DNA from: Rhynchobatus australiae
Lineage: Eukaryota
Length of the DNA stretch: 64,000 bases
NCBI GenBank assembly: GCA_034780895.1
Contig: JAUZTB010000127.1
Coordinates: forward strand, 29,022,144-29,086,143
Direction of reading: 5' to 3'
Below, in pieces: positions 49,201 through 63,132 of the stretch (positions are counted from its first letter, which is position 1; each line of letters starts with the position of its first letter). A model generated the notes under the pieces. That model did no database searches. It was not told the DNA's origin and saw only the letters and a program-made list of their open reading frames with translations. A program made the translations under genes and the position numbers.

Positions 49201-52200
49201 CTGTTGCTGTTCCCTTTGGCATGATTGTTCTATGTTAAAGGAACAATGTATTTCAGATTTAGTGTCCCTTTGTTAGTTTCTGAGACACATGGTTACTTTA
49301 ACATTTGGGCAACTGGAGAGAGATTGGGGGAAGAGATTCACAGGAGAGTATATGGGGACTGTGTACCATGAACACTGGGGAAATGGTGGTGGGGGGGATG
49401 ATAAGAAGATTGGAACATGGGTCACAGTCATGTGTTGATAATGGAATGAAATGTTGAAATTTTACTTACTTCTCCCATCCACTGCAAGGCACTGCATTTA
49501 TAGCTGGAATAGAAACTGTTGCCCTTAGATTAAATCAGTAATGTTTTCCATGAGTAAGTTTTGAATTTGCTTCCCTTTCAAGTAATCTATTTCTGCTGTT
49601 CTGCGCAAGGTGAAATAGTTTGTCATGGACCACCTCCGGCTCCCAGAAACCGAAAGTGGAAACTGTGGCACTAATGATTAAAACAAGCTCCTGACAGGCC
49701 AACGACAATCGCTTCAACTTCTCATCAGTGACAGGTGACATCATATCAAGCTCCAACTCGAATGGCAGAGAGAATCTGAGCAACAGAACCCAGATAAAAG
49801 AATGGAGCATTGTTTCTTCCTGTGTAAAGGTAGGCAGTTCGTTCACGTTTATGATATTGTGCAGACAATTTGGTGTTTCCTTTACAACAGCCCACTTTCT
49901 TTCTTATCTTCCATCATTCCTGGTATGATTTTGAATTTGTATCAGTTGTAAGGTCAGTTCATATTGATTGATTGATAGTGGCCTCAGGGTAGAGGTTGTC
50001 AGAGCCTCAGGGAGAGAAACGCTCATTAAAAGCAGTCATTAATGTAGGGCAGTAGTTTCTTTAACAGCTGATGGCATCACACATGTGGGAACAGGATTTT
50101 AATTCCACTGATTATCTATCCTCTGATGTGACAAAGAATGCTAATATAGGCAAAATAAAAATTAATTTTAAAAAAAGGGAGAATCTTCAAATCTGACTAC
50201 GATGGTCAGACTTGACCACAATGAATAAAATCCATTTCTGGGGCTGATTGAACATGATTCATAGACTCTGTGTTGTAGCACAGGTGCCTGATAGTGCATC
50301 AAAATGTAACAGATATTTTTATACTCCAGTGTCCACTTTCACTGAAATGGACTCATTTTATTGGAAAGCATTTTATGTTTACACAGTTCCAAGGATTTTT
50401 TTAAGTTTAACATCTTTTACCAATTGTCTTGCCCACTCTTTCTATAGAAGCTGCAGTGTAACTCAAGGTTAGAAGTACATGCTTGTTGCAACAACGTGGA
50501 TTTGACTCGCATTTCTCTTACACATGCCATACATTTGGGCAGCATTCCAGAGAGATATTGCAATGCCATTGCCTGTAATATATGCCTCATGTTATTGTGC
50601 TGATAAAAAGGCTAACAGTANNNNNNNNNNNNNNNNNNNNNNNNNNNNNNNNNNNNNNNNNNNNNNNNNNNNNNNNNNNNNNNNNNNNNNNNNNNNNNNN
50701 NNNNNNNNNNNNNNNNNNNNNNNNNNNNNNNNNNNNNNNNNNNNNNNNNNNNNNNNNNNNNNNNNNNNNNNNNNNNNNNNNNNNNNNNNNNNNNNNNNNN
50801 NNNNNNNNNNNNNNNNNNNNNNNNNNNNNNNNNNNNNNNNNNNNNNNNNNNNNNNNNNNNNNNNNNNNNNNNNNNNNNNNNNNNNNNNNNNNNNNNNNNN
50901 NNNNNNNNNNNNNNNNNNNNNNNNNNNNNNNACCAGATTTATCACACTATCACTTTGTACATTAAAGAGACACCATCACTTTCTATACTTTCACCCGAGT
51001 AATTCAAAACCATGTAAAAAAATTTGAAGCCCAAGGATTTCAAGATTATCCATTCTAGTGTGCAGTTATCCAAATTTGCCTTCATGATACTGAACCATCA
51101 GGAATTTTTTATTTGTAAACATAAACTGCTTTCTAATAAAATGTGTCCAGTTCTAAATATTTAATCATGATTGTGATGAAGAGTCTTAAACCATGATTTC
51201 TTTTCCTCACACAGACCAGAGACGGCTGGTCATTAGTGGCCCGTGACGTACACTGCAGCAAGTCTGACATGAACACACAATGTCAAGAGATTAGCAAACA
51301 CAGCACTACAACGGCTATTTTTCCACATCATTAGTGCTCTAGATCCTGAAGCCTGAAAACTCAGGGGCACATACGCCACTGTACTTTAAAGAAGACATCC
51401 ACTCTGAGACCGTGCCAGATGCTCCTGCAGTAGTAGAATGGTAATTCATTGTCTCATGGGCTTGATGTGTAGTGGATCATCAAGGCAATGTGTAGAGTCT
51501 GCGTGTGAGGGCTGAGGCAAATTGGGTGGCCACCCAGCAATGAGATGTGTGGCTATGGCCCTTCCTGGTCAGCATGGTGACTGTGGGCCGCAGCTGGAGA
51601 CTGGCAGTGACTTCTCTGCTGGGATCCCACAGTCTTTCTCGTCACCCTCTGTTGAATGTGATGGAAGCTGCTGTCTCCCTCTTGCTTTGACTACACTGCT
51701 CTACCCAGCCTGGAGATTCCTCTATGGTAATAAGCTCAACAGATAGTGATCAACATTCAACTTATTGTCATAGAGAAATCACCCGCCACAGGGTTCCCCC
51801 CCCCAACCCNNNNNNNNNNNNNNNNNNNNNNNNNNNNNNNNNNNNNNNNNNNNNNNNNNNNNNNNNNNNNNNNNNNNNNNNNNNNNNNNNNNNNNNNNNN
51901 NNNNNNNNNTACCCCACCCAACCCTCATCACAAAAAAATCCTCCCCTTCACCCTTCTCCCCAGCGTAGAAAGAAATCTCTGTCCCCTGCCCTGATTACTA
52001 CATCCCTTGCTCCTCTCCACCCTTGTCTACAGCCCACACCCACCTCAGCTCTAATCCCATCTCCATTCACTACCCCTTTCCCCACTAGTTGTACCCCAAC
52101 CTCATTATGTGTCTGGGATAGTTCCCACAGACCCCAGCTCTGGGCTTCCGCACTCATTTGTGCTCCCACATGGTGATTCATTTGTCAGCCTGATCTGGTG

Positions 52201-54282
52201 CTCGACAACACACTGTGCCATCCAGTTTAAATGAGACTGTGCTTTTAGAGCAGTGGTACTGCCTTGTCCCCAGTTATGCCAGGGTCTTTGGACAACTGTT
52301 GTGTCCGGGGTTCCCTGTAACTGTGGTGGCAAAATGGGCCACCTGTCACAGTATGTCTCTGCTCTGCAATGGCCAGTATGGTTCCAGAGCACCATATCTA
52401 ACCACTGCCTGGCACTTATCCAACGTGAACATTACCTGTCAGTTGTCTGCCAGTGTCTGAATGGGATAATTTATTTTAGGAAAAGTTGTAAACTTTGGCA
52501 CCATTCATTCCCAACTTAATCACAGAAGAAGATCATTGATGAAGCCACCAAGGCTAGTTTTACCAAGGTCTCCATCTACAATGTTGAGTTCAAACTTAAG
52601 TGGTGTGGAGAAGTTTTAATTTGCATAGCTAAATTGTAGGTATTTTCAAACAACCCAATTGATTTTTCTGCATCCTATAAACATGGAATAATGAGGTCTG
52701 TTTTTATTACATTGTCAACCTTCCATCAGAATTATGTAGAAAATAATGTCTGAGAAGTAACTGAACATAAATATCTAATTAAAATTCCACAACATAGAAG
52801 TTTCAATTCCCTTTGCATGTAACTATCATCACAGAAAACCCGAGAAAGTCAATCAAAAGTTGTATTATTGAAACAAAACACAATTACTTCGAAGCTGACA
52901 GTGGCATATTAACCAAGCTCCATCTTTTGTCACACCACTATAATAAGCTGTATATGTACAGTTCTCTCGTCACTCTGCATAATATTTCATATACTCATAT
53001 AGTGTTTTACTCATATAGTGTTTTGCAGCTTACAAGGGGGTGTTACAATCGTGGCTGACTGCACTTACAGCCACTTCTTAGATCCTTTAGTGTACAGGGG
53101 AACCATGTTTGGGCCAGAGTGAATAAGGAAAGGGGCAGCTGATTTCCTTCACTGAAGGACATTATTCAGCACAGGCTAACAATTTGCATGGTCATTCATT
53201 GTGGTGTCATATCATAAATTCCCAAATTTATTGAATGTAATTTCACAATTTGCCACTGTGGGATTTCATAATCTATGAGTTGTCAGCCCAATGCCATAAT
53301 TGCAAGGTGAACACACCAACATTTGCTTGCTCCACAGTAATACTGGAGTTTACAAAGTGTATGAAGCCCTTTTTAAAGGTTAACTAAAGTGAACTTTGGG
53401 TAAAAAACAACAGATGCAAGTTGTTTAGCCTCTAATCTTCCATTCCTTGAGAACTCAGTCCTGTGAATGTACTCTTTTCACTTCCATTTGCTCCATATGC
53501 CTTAATATGTTTGGTTAACAGAAGCAGTCTCACCATTGAAATTAACAGTTGAATTGGCATCAATTACCATTTGTAGAAGAGAATTCCAGACTTGCACTAT
53601 TCCTCGTGTGTGGAAACTTCCTAACTACTCCCTTGAAAGAGCAGGCTTTAATTTTTAGGCTGTATCACCTAATCCTAGATTTCTCAAGTGGCTTGTGACT
53701 AGTAAAAGAGGATGAAAAGTAATTAGCAACCACCATTGATCACAACAGTGAATGTCAAACTGAGATGTTGCTAATATCTTTGATGCAGGACCAAGTAGTA
53801 ACCAGTTTACAAAGCAGTAATGCTCTGCTCAGATCTGTGGTTTGCTTTATAACTTCCACAGACGGTGGAAAGATGTAGGTCAATGGAGATAACTTAAGTA
53901 AAGATGCTGAACTCATGAAAAAAATCAGATGTAGAAACCCAAAAATGTCGCACACTTGATTGCTTAGTAAATAATTACATAAACATGTAATTCTTGAATT
54001 ATGGGTTCCTAGTTTCTGAAAAGTTAATTGTTTTCCTCCTGCGATTCCATCCATTTTCTTGTTATATTCAAACAAGATGATTTTACTGGACGGGAACTCT
54101 CTGTAGTGGGGCTGGTTTCTTGTTTGCTCCCCACATTTTTTTTCTCTCCTGTACGTTATTGCTCTTCAAAGAGCCAGACCAAATATGATGAGCTGAAAGA
54201 CCTTACTCATTGTTGTAAGATTTTATGCCTCTAAGAACTTTTTTCTTCTTTATTTTAATTTGAAACAACAATGAACTAGTCT

Positions 54283-54657
54283 AGAGTCACAGAGTCATAG
54301 AGTAATATGGCAGAGAAACAGGACCTTCAGCCAACTCCTCCATGCTGACCAAGATGCCCATCTAAGCTAGTTCCATTTTCCCATGTTTGGCCCATATCCC
54401 TCTAAACCCTACCTATCCATGTACCTGTCCCAGTGTCTTTTAAATGTTGTTATTGTATCTGCCTCAACAACTTCCTCTAGAAGCTCGTTCCATATATGCA
54501 CCACCTTCTGCGTGAAGAAAATGCTGCTCAGGTCCCTTTTAAATCTTTCTCCTTTCACCTTAACTCTTTGCCCTCTAGTTTTTGATTCCCTTTCCCTGGT
54601 AAAAAAAAGACTGTGCATTCACCCTATCTATGCCCCTCATGATTTTATATACTTCTA
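54283..54657 (-). mobile_element. CR1 3' end
   Basis: ESKTRGQRVKVKGERFKRDLSSIFFTQKVVHIWNELLEEVVEADTITTFKRHWDRYMDR. Confidence 0.93.
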
Positions 54658-54822
54658 TTATAGGATTATGATGTGTGGGATAGACCCTATGTGTGATAAT
54701 CTTATAAATAATAACACAAGGTATACATACCATCCATCAGCAGAATACAAGAACAATTATATATGGTACTTTCAGCAGACAGTGACCCCCTCACAAATTC
54801 CAGCAACAGATCAAGAGCCACA

Positions 54823-55425
54823 ATTGAGTTCAAGAGCCACGAAGTGATGTTGCAGCTCTATAGAACTCTGGTTAGACCACATTTGCAGTATTGTGTTCAG
54901 TTCTGGCCACCTCATTATAGGAAATGATGTGGAAGCTTTAGAGAGGGTGCAGAGGAGACTTACCAGGCTGTTGCCTGGATTGGAGAGCATGACTTATGAG
55001 GATAGGTTGNNNNNNNNNNNNNNNNNNNNNNNNNNNNNNNNNNNNNNNNNNNNNNNNNNNNNNNNNNNNNNNNNNNNNNNNNNNNNNNNNNNNNNNNNNN
55101 NNNNNNNNNNNNNNNNNNNNNNNNNNNNNNNNNNNNNNNNNNNNNNNNNNNNNNNNNNNNNNNNNNNNNNNNNNNNNNNNNNNNNNNNNNNNNNNNNNNN
55201 NNNNNNNNNNNNNNNNNNNNNNNNNNNNNNNNNNNNNNNNNNNNNNNNNNNNNNNNNNNNNNNNNNNNNNNNNNNNNNNNNNNNNNNNNNNNNNNNNNNN
55301 NNNNNNNNNNNNNNNNNNNNNNNNNNNNNNNNNNNNNNNNNNNNNNNNNNTAGAGCAGGATAAAATGTTGGCACAACATTGTGGGCCGAAGGGCCTGTAC
55401 TGTGCTGTAATGTTCTATGTTCTAT
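54823..55425 (+). mobile_element. Young CR1 3' fragment spanning a gap
   Basis: DVEALERVQRRLTRLLPGLESMTYEDRL; tail nearly identical to 27161-27210. Confidence 0.92.
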
Positions 55426-55582
55426 GTAGATCAGGTGCCCACACCTGTGGTCCTGTGATGATAGTGCCTGGACAATTAGAACATCAACTTATTCAGAGTC
55501 CTACCTCATTCAGAAGCTCATCTGGCTGAAATCTAAAATAATCATAGCTAGTATCCCCTGCTGATCAACCCTTGCTCTAAAG

Positions 55583-56215
55583 TTAAAACAGAGTGCTGGA
55601 AACACTCAGCAGGTCTGTGAAAGAGGAACAAAGAACTGGAAGAGTAAGAAAACAATTTAGTTTTAAACTGCAGAGAGAGTGGAGGGATGAATAGGACAAA
55701 GGGAATATCTCTGATAGGGTGAGGCCAGCGTTGATGACAAGCTTTATATGACGCCATCTGGTTGATAGATTGACGAGAAAGTTTAGAGAGAGAAAACAAA
55801 CAAAGGGACATGAAAAAGCTCTGAAATGAAGGTCAGAGCTGTTGCAAAGAATTGAAACCAAAAGGATTATGTTGTAGATGCCCAGCAGATCAGGTATTAC
55901 CTGTGGAGGGAGAAAAACTTGGTGAATATCACAGATGGATAACCTTACAGATCTGATAGAAGCAGAGAAATTGAGTTATCTGAAATTGATGAATTCAATA
56001 TTGAGTCCCAAAGGCTGCAACTTGCCCCGTGGAAGATGAGTTGCTCTCTCTCAAGCTTACATCTGGTTGGCAGGCAAACAAAAGCTTTTCACAATATCTC
56101 GGTACAATATTTAGTACCTTACAGCCCATAGTACAATAATAAGCCAGTTACCAATTACCTGTTGGACCATTGCAGTGGGCCACAGACACATAGGGTAGAG
56201 TGGGAGTTAAAATGG
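55583..56215 (-). mobile_element. Penelope-like element remnant
   Basis: gtgctggaaacactcagcaggtc..caaagggaatatctctgatag..tctgaaattgatgaattcaatattgagtcc..gaagatgagttgctctctctcaagctt; homologous to 12036-12787. Confidence 0.75.
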
Positions 56216-59200
56216 AACAACGTTCTGTTCCCTATACCTCCCTCTATAACTGCCTGCAGCATAAAGTGTTAAACATCATAGATGGCATCAAAAACATCAG
56301 GTTCAAAAGGGGTATGTTATAGATTTGTCCTAGGGATTCGACAACATAATGCTGCATTTTCAGCGCTACATATGGAAGTGATTTTTTCCCCTGAAACTTG
56401 GGCGTCTGGTGCCACTGAATTTCCATGCGGCAGATTCATGATCAAAACAGTCATCAATGTGCCATACAATGAGTGATTAACAGGCCATTTGAAGCACCAG
56501 TAAGTTACTGGACAGTTAATCCGATCAGCACATTGGCTTCAATTCAGTTAACTAGAACCAAAATTTAACGAGACACCATATTAGTAACAAGGCACAACAA
56601 TGATCCTTTTGTTGTCCAAGTTAATTAGATAACAGACTTTATTTTTAAACTATTCTGCAATCATGAGGCTGCACTTACGATACTATGGCTGTTACTATTC
56701 TAAAATGATACCTCACTGCTGGCTCTGGATGTGGGCCCATGTCATCTTATATACGTGTTCTTTCCCCTTATAGTAACCAGCTGGAGTAACCACAACTTGC
56801 AGTTACATATCGTGCCTCAAGAACTTTTGATGTGGCAATCATCTTGATTTGGATGATACAAAATGGCCCAAAGATGTTGAAGAGATCATGATAAAGAAAA
56901 AAAACTTTTAACTGAGTTCAGCTGGAGATATTAGGGCAAAACCCCATACTGACAGCTCCTATTCTATTAGGTGAGATCAGAGGTACTTGAGCAATAGTGC
57001 ACTAGGACTCAAATATGCTGGCTGTGCAAAAGCTCATTTGTCAAGTCTTTTTAATATGATAACTTATTATTAGCAGTTCACATGAATTAGACTAAATGTC
57101 TTCACCTAAATTATAGATCAGTTATGTGCAGAGATATACTTACAGCTAAATATTGTACTTTAGAGCATAGGAATCTTCAGCATTTTTTTAAAAACTGGAA
57201 GCTTTAAAGTTTATGTGTTTGTGCTCATTAAGGTTAAGCGTGATAGGGCTGTGCAATATTTTTGTACTTTCCTTCTGATATAATTACCAAGTGTTCACAG
57301 CACTCACTGCTCACAGCAACACTCCTTCAACAAAATATCAAATTATTTTGGTGCATCAAAACAAAACAGATCATGGATTTTTTCATGGAGATCTGTAATC
57401 AGGCTCTTGCATTAAGTAGCTAGCTAAGTCTAGTATTAGAAACTCTCATACTGAGATACATTAAAGGAAATTCAGTCAATAGTGACTCTACTTAATTCCA
57501 TTAGCCATACCACAATGCTCCTTCATTTAATCCATTAGTATCTCGCTGATATCTTGCACTAACAGTATCCTAATACTGACTACATTAGATGGACCTTGCT
57601 AGGGCTGCTGACCACAACATTGTCACACTCCAGCAGCAGTTTGGGTAATTTTAGTTCATGTTTGCCCCTGGTATATTTGGGTTGAGTGGGATGATAATAT
57701 TTAAAAATCTGAAACATGAACCTAAAACACCTTGAACAGAAATGGGACAGATGGACGACAACCAAGCCACTTCCACAGGGCAATTGACTCTTTAAATATT
57801 CCAATGAAACTGCTTGAATAAGATTTCATTATTTTTAAACCTGGAAACTAATGGTGGCTGAGGAATACCAGCTTAAAAATGGACATGCTTTTCCAGAGCT
57901 CCCTGTGGTACTGGAAAAGCAGAAATGTCTCAATATAAACCCTCCCTTTCCACACCGCAAAAGGGTTTCTCCCAGAAGATGAGACTGCCAACCCATGAAT
58001 GAACTGCATCCCATCCTGTAACCCCACCCACAACCTTCCTTCCTCAACTGTGTAAAATCAGACCACACTCTGAATGATTGGACCATGTTTCAATCAGGCT
58101 CACATCCCCAACTCTCCAAATGGGACCCACTCATGGGTAATAAGATCCACGCTACTAGATTGGACCACGGAGATTTCAAACAAACCCATCCCTTGTGAAT
58201 AAACAACCGTCCTGTGGTCAGAGTCTTGACCCCCTGACCACCCCCCAATCCAGAACTGTTGAAGACACTGGCATTCAACAATCNNNNNNNNNNNNNNNNN
58301 NNNNNNNNNNNNNNNNNNNNNNNNNNNNNNNNNNNNNNNNNNNNNNNNNNNNNNNNNNNNNNNNNNNNNNNNNNNNNNNNNNNNNNNNNNNNNNNNNNNN
58401 NNNNNNNNNNNNNNNNNNNNNNNNNNNNNNNNNNNNNNNNNNNNNNNNNNNNNNNNNNNNNNNNNNNNNNNNNNNNNNNNNNNNNNNNNNNNNNNNNNNN
58501 NNNNNNNNNNNNNNNNNNNNNNNNNNNNNNNNNNNNNNNNNNNNNNNNNNNNNNNNNNNNNNNNNNNNNTTCTTGCAAATAGGCCTTGTTAACATAAACT
58601 TTCCCTCATACTTTCTAGAATGAAGCCTTCTGAAGCAGAGCCCAATACATTCTCATTATATTCTCTCCAATAGCAGCACATCAGTTGTTGATCCTAAGGC
58701 TCATTCCAGTAATGTTCTTCTCAATTATATCTCCTGTTGTGACAACACCCTAGTACTAATATTTATTTGACTTCCAGTGAAATCCATAGGAATATGTACA
58801 TTCCTTTTTTTAAGAACATTGTGTGATTAAAATTGTACTTGTGCATTTGTTATGAACTATTAAAGTAGTATTGATCAAATATAAACTAAATATCACAGTA
58901 CATAAATTATGAAGACTGCAAGCATAACCTGTTCTGAAAATCTTCCTATAATTCATGCTGTTTGACCAAACTGAGAAATGATCCCCTTGTTATCTGTTCT
59001 ATGATTCAGTTAAAAAGAATTTCAGAGTTTGAAAGGTGACTGACAGAAATTGTTTCATTTCTTTATTAGCAGGAAAGGAATGTAATCGTGTCAAAGGTTT
59101 GAGGCCTTCAAGGGAACCATTACATTTTTCTTAAAGGCAAACAACTTCCAGAGTAAGGTGGGATACGCATGTCTGAATAACTTGCTGCCATTAAATTACA

Positions 59201-60009
59201 GTTCGTCTTTGCGCAATTATAGTCATTGAATGGAATCCCAGTGTCAGTGTAAATTAGAGCTAATAGTGACCCAAAATAGGGCCTTAAAGGAATCAGGAGT
59301 CTCTCTTATTGTTGTTTTCCTCTACTGTCCGGATAGTTCAGTGCCTGTGTGGAACTGAGACAAATTACCCAAGAGCTTTAATCATTAGCTTGTACAAAGT
59401 TGCCTGATTCCAACTCCAGCAATGGAAAAGTTGGTGCAGTGAACCTTCAGAACCTGAGCTGGTGACCAGAAGACAATACCATTGACTTTAGCTTCTACTT
59501 CTGAACACTATCCATTGGTTAGTGCTGGAAAGTACCTGAGTGAGAGTGAGTGTGAGGGCAGGATAGGACTCAGTTATGAATTTCATGGTCAAATATATTG
59601 GAAGCAACCACTCTGTAGGCCTACACATGAAGAATAGATACCAGACTGTGGTCCCAGACAGTAACTTGTTACTGCAGGACAATAACCAGCACAAGCCGAT
59701 AGCAGAAAGGAAGGAGCAGAAAAAAATTCAAAGGAAAAGGTATGGAAATGAAGTAGATGAAAATCAACTCCATTATTAAATGTCAAGGATCTTGAGAAAG
59801 GTGAGGAGTAAGGTGACGGAGGCCTTCAGATTACAGAGTTTGCAGTATTCGCACAGAAAGAAACCACGAGTAAGGGTCTGGTAGGTAGATGGGAGTTTCC
59901 AAAAGTAAGGGCTAAGTATTACATCAACACAAATAAATGGAGTAGGGAACTGAGGAACTTTTATTTTAAACCAATGTATGGAATGCATGATCACAAGGAC
60001 TCTGGCAGT

Positions 60010-60762
60010 CTAGAGTCTGAGACTGGGACTTCCTTAATGCCAGAGGCTTAGATGGAGCAGAATTTGTTAGGTGCATCCAGGAGGATGCATCCAGCGCTGA
60101 TGTGCAGAGAGATCCTTGGGGTGCAAGTCCAAAGCTCCCTGAGAGCTGCGACACTAGTGGATAAAGAGATAAAGAAAGCACATGGCATGCTTGCCTTCTT
60201 TGGACTTTGAGTGTCATAGTTGGCAAATCATATTTGGAGTATTTTGTCCATTTCTGGTCGCTGCATTACTGGAACAATGTGGAGGCTTTGCAGAGGGTGC
60301 AGAAGAGGTTGACCAAGATGTGGCCTGGATTAGAGAGTATTAGCTATAAGGAGAGGTTACACAACTTGAATTGTTTTCTCTGGAGCACTGGAGGCTGAGG
60401 GGCAACCTAACGGAAGTATAAAAAGTTCTGAGAGGCCTAGACAGGGTAGAGAGTCGGAGTCTTTTTCCCAGGGTTGAAATGTCAGAGGGCATAGCTTTAA
60501 GGTGAGAGGGGGAAAGGTTAAAGGAGATTTATGAGGCAAGTTCTTTTTTCCATAGAGAGTAGTTGGTGCCTGGATCGCACTGCCGGGGAGGTGGTAGAAG
60601 CAGATATGACAGCAACTTTCAAAAGGCATTTCGACAGGCACATGAACAGGCAGGGAACAGAGGGATATAGACCATGTGCAGGCAAATGGGATTAGTTTAA
60701 TTTGGCATCATGGTTGACACATACATCATGGGCCAAAGTGCCTGGTCTCGTGCTGTGTTCCG
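60010..60762 (+). mobile_element. CR1 LINE fragment
   Basis: LEYFVHFWSLHYWNNVEALQRVQKRLTKMWPGLESISYKERL plus full 3' tail. Confidence 0.92.
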
Positions 60763-61800
60763 TGAGTGATGGAGGTGATAAGCAGAGACAACTTGAAGGG
60801 TCAACTAGATAAACACAAGGAGGAAAGAGCGGAGGGGCACGATCACAGATTTAGATGGAAAAGCAATGGGAAGTACAAGCATGCCGAGGACCAGCTGGGC
60901 CAAACAGCCTGTTTCTGTACCATACATTCTATGTAATTCTATATGTAATTCTATGTAAATATTAGTCTAATATGGCAAGTGTAATACATACTGCTACAAT
61001 CTGATTTTTCATTAAACACCTGCTGGGCCTTTATTCTGGTTTGATGAAGAGGTATTTACATGAAAGGTGGGTGACAAGAGAAATGCCTTCCCTTTTTGTT
61101 AAAAGAATTAGTCTTTGTCTCTTGGTTTAAATGATGTAATGTATCACACAACACCTGGGGTGGACAGAGACAGGGGAACATCAATAGAAAAGGTGCTTCA
61201 TTCTCTCAGATGTCAAGCCAAACATTCTGATGTACCTGGAGGCCAGGTAAAAGGTGACTCACTCCAGGGCTGCTGTGAACATTAACCCAGAGGATTCATT
61301 TCCACTACTTTCCCTCTTGCAGATTCAAATCTGCAATCATTTATGATGGTTGGCTTTGTATACTTTTTTTACAAGAAGTTTCTTGTTTTTATTAACTACT
61401 GCCACAACATTTAAGAAATTAATATATTTTCAGAGCTTCAATATCATGGATGGAAATTAAATTAAACTAAGTTTAATAACCTTTTAATCAGAAAACATTA
61501 CCACATCATTCTGATGGGCAGTTGACAAGGGTTTTGATACTGTTCAAATATCACGCTGGCAAAGGCAAGAGATTATTCAGACTCTAGTTACTTAGTCAAA
61601 GATGATCAGATAAAACAAATGAATAATATTTGAAATCTCCTATTTGGGAAGTAGCAGGAAGTTACAGAAATGCTGACATCAATTCAATCTCAAAATGTAT
61701 GTAGCTTCAAAAACAGGGCTGCTCTTTGTTTTATTTAATCTTGGCTTGTATATATGGAAAAAAATCTCACTTTCATTCAGTAAATACCCAGGTTGAAATA

Positions 61801-62017
61801 CAGGTCCTCCCCAGCTTATGAATGCGTGACTCATGTATAGCCCGTACCTACGATCGAGTGTTTGGGAGACCAGTGGGGAGACTAGCAGGATGGATTTGCT
61901 GCAGGCATCTTCTGCTGTGTGAGAACTTGGTTTGCAGCCGCATTTCCGACTTGCAAACTGTTTGGGTTACGAAGAGTTCACAGGAATGGAACCCTGCCAT
62001 AACCTGGAGAGGACCTG
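61801..62017. mobile_element. Tc1/mariner-superfamily (Tigger/pogo-like) MITE
   Basis: TA|caggtcctccccagcttatg .. cataacctggagaggacctg|TA: 20-bp imperfect TIRs and TA TSD. Confidence 0.88.
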
Positions 62018-63006
62018 TAGGTAATTAGAAGTCATTAGGTACAAGATGTATTTCTTGACATAAACATGCTGCAGGTCATATATCATACTAGAGTTAAGAC
62101 AGATCTCCTTCACAGAGCATGTCTTCTGAAAATTAGCCTCAGTGCAAAGTATTTTAATCTCATGGTAACAAAATGTGAACATTAAAACAGAACTAACATT
62201 GTTCCTCAAGAGCAGATTTAGTATCAACCATGAATTGGTCAGTGGGACAAGGGAAAAGAGTCTTCCAAGCGATCAGACATTGGGAAATAGGTTTCATGTC
62301 ACTGCAGTTGACAAGTGTGTCCACCTATGCATCAAATAAGGAGCAGCCTGTCAGCTTAATGTGTATAATCAGGCACCACGGCCCATTTAAAGCAGGAATA
62401 TTAAAGTAAGGTTACATATGTTGAGGATAGATTGTGCTTCAGGACTGCACTCTCATATATTAGTAGGAGCAAAGAGTTACATTGCTGCCCTGGGTTTTAT
62501 TGGAGGAGTTCAATGGCTAGGATTAGGAATGTCCTGATCACTCAGTGTAGAACTGAGACATAATGATGATGTACCAGTTCAGTATCAAAGTCACCAATGC
62601 TGCATGGACCTGTATTATTCTCAGGACTCAGTTAAAGGAGAGAGGAACCAGCCATCAGTGCCTGCAGGAACATTCCCAAAACCATTCACCAGATGGCCTG
62701 AAGAATGGCTGAAAGAACTAATGTGTCTTCAGGAAATGACACCTTCCTTTAAAGGGCATTACCTCCAGAACCTGCAATCNNNNNNNNNNNNNNNNNNNNN
62801 NNNNNNNNNNNNNNNNNNNNNNNNNNNNNNNNNNNNNNNNNNNNNNNNNNNNNNNNNNNNNNNNNNNNNNNNNNNNNNNTTCCTTTAAAGAGCATTACCT
62901 CCAGAACCTGCAATCAGCTTGGAAGGGCGAGCATAGCACCTTGTCTTTCTGGTTCTTTTAACATTTTACTGGAGCTCCTGAGGATAATACAGGCACATTC
63001 CGGCAT

Positions 63007-63132
63007 CCTGATGCAGGGTTTCGACCCGAATTTCATTTCCTTTCCTCCAACAGATGCCCCTTGACCCGCTGAGTTCCTCCAGCAGATTGTTTGTTGCTCC
63101 ATATTCCAGCATCTGCATTCTCTTGTGTCTAG
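63007..63132 (+). mobile_element. Penelope-like 3' terminal fragment beginning at the hammerhead core
   Basis: cctgatgcagggtttcgacccgaa..cagatgccccttgacccgctgagttcctccagc..tcttgtgtct; flanked by attcc(g/a)gcat. Confidence 0.8.

Noticed and set aside
49535-49846. 103-aa minus-strand ORF
   Set aside because: No family resemblance; length is within chance expectation
55748-55766. CTCF-like motif CAACCAGATGGCGTC on the minus strand
   Set aside because: Lies inside a Penelope remnant and has no independent support
43678-58623. Long ORFs in the track (e.g. 212 aa, 215 aa, 177 aa)
   Set aside because: They consist mostly of translated Ns
62744-62914. ttcctttaaag(g/a)gcattacctccagaacctgcaatc repeated across a gap
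   Set aside because: Same scaffolding artefact
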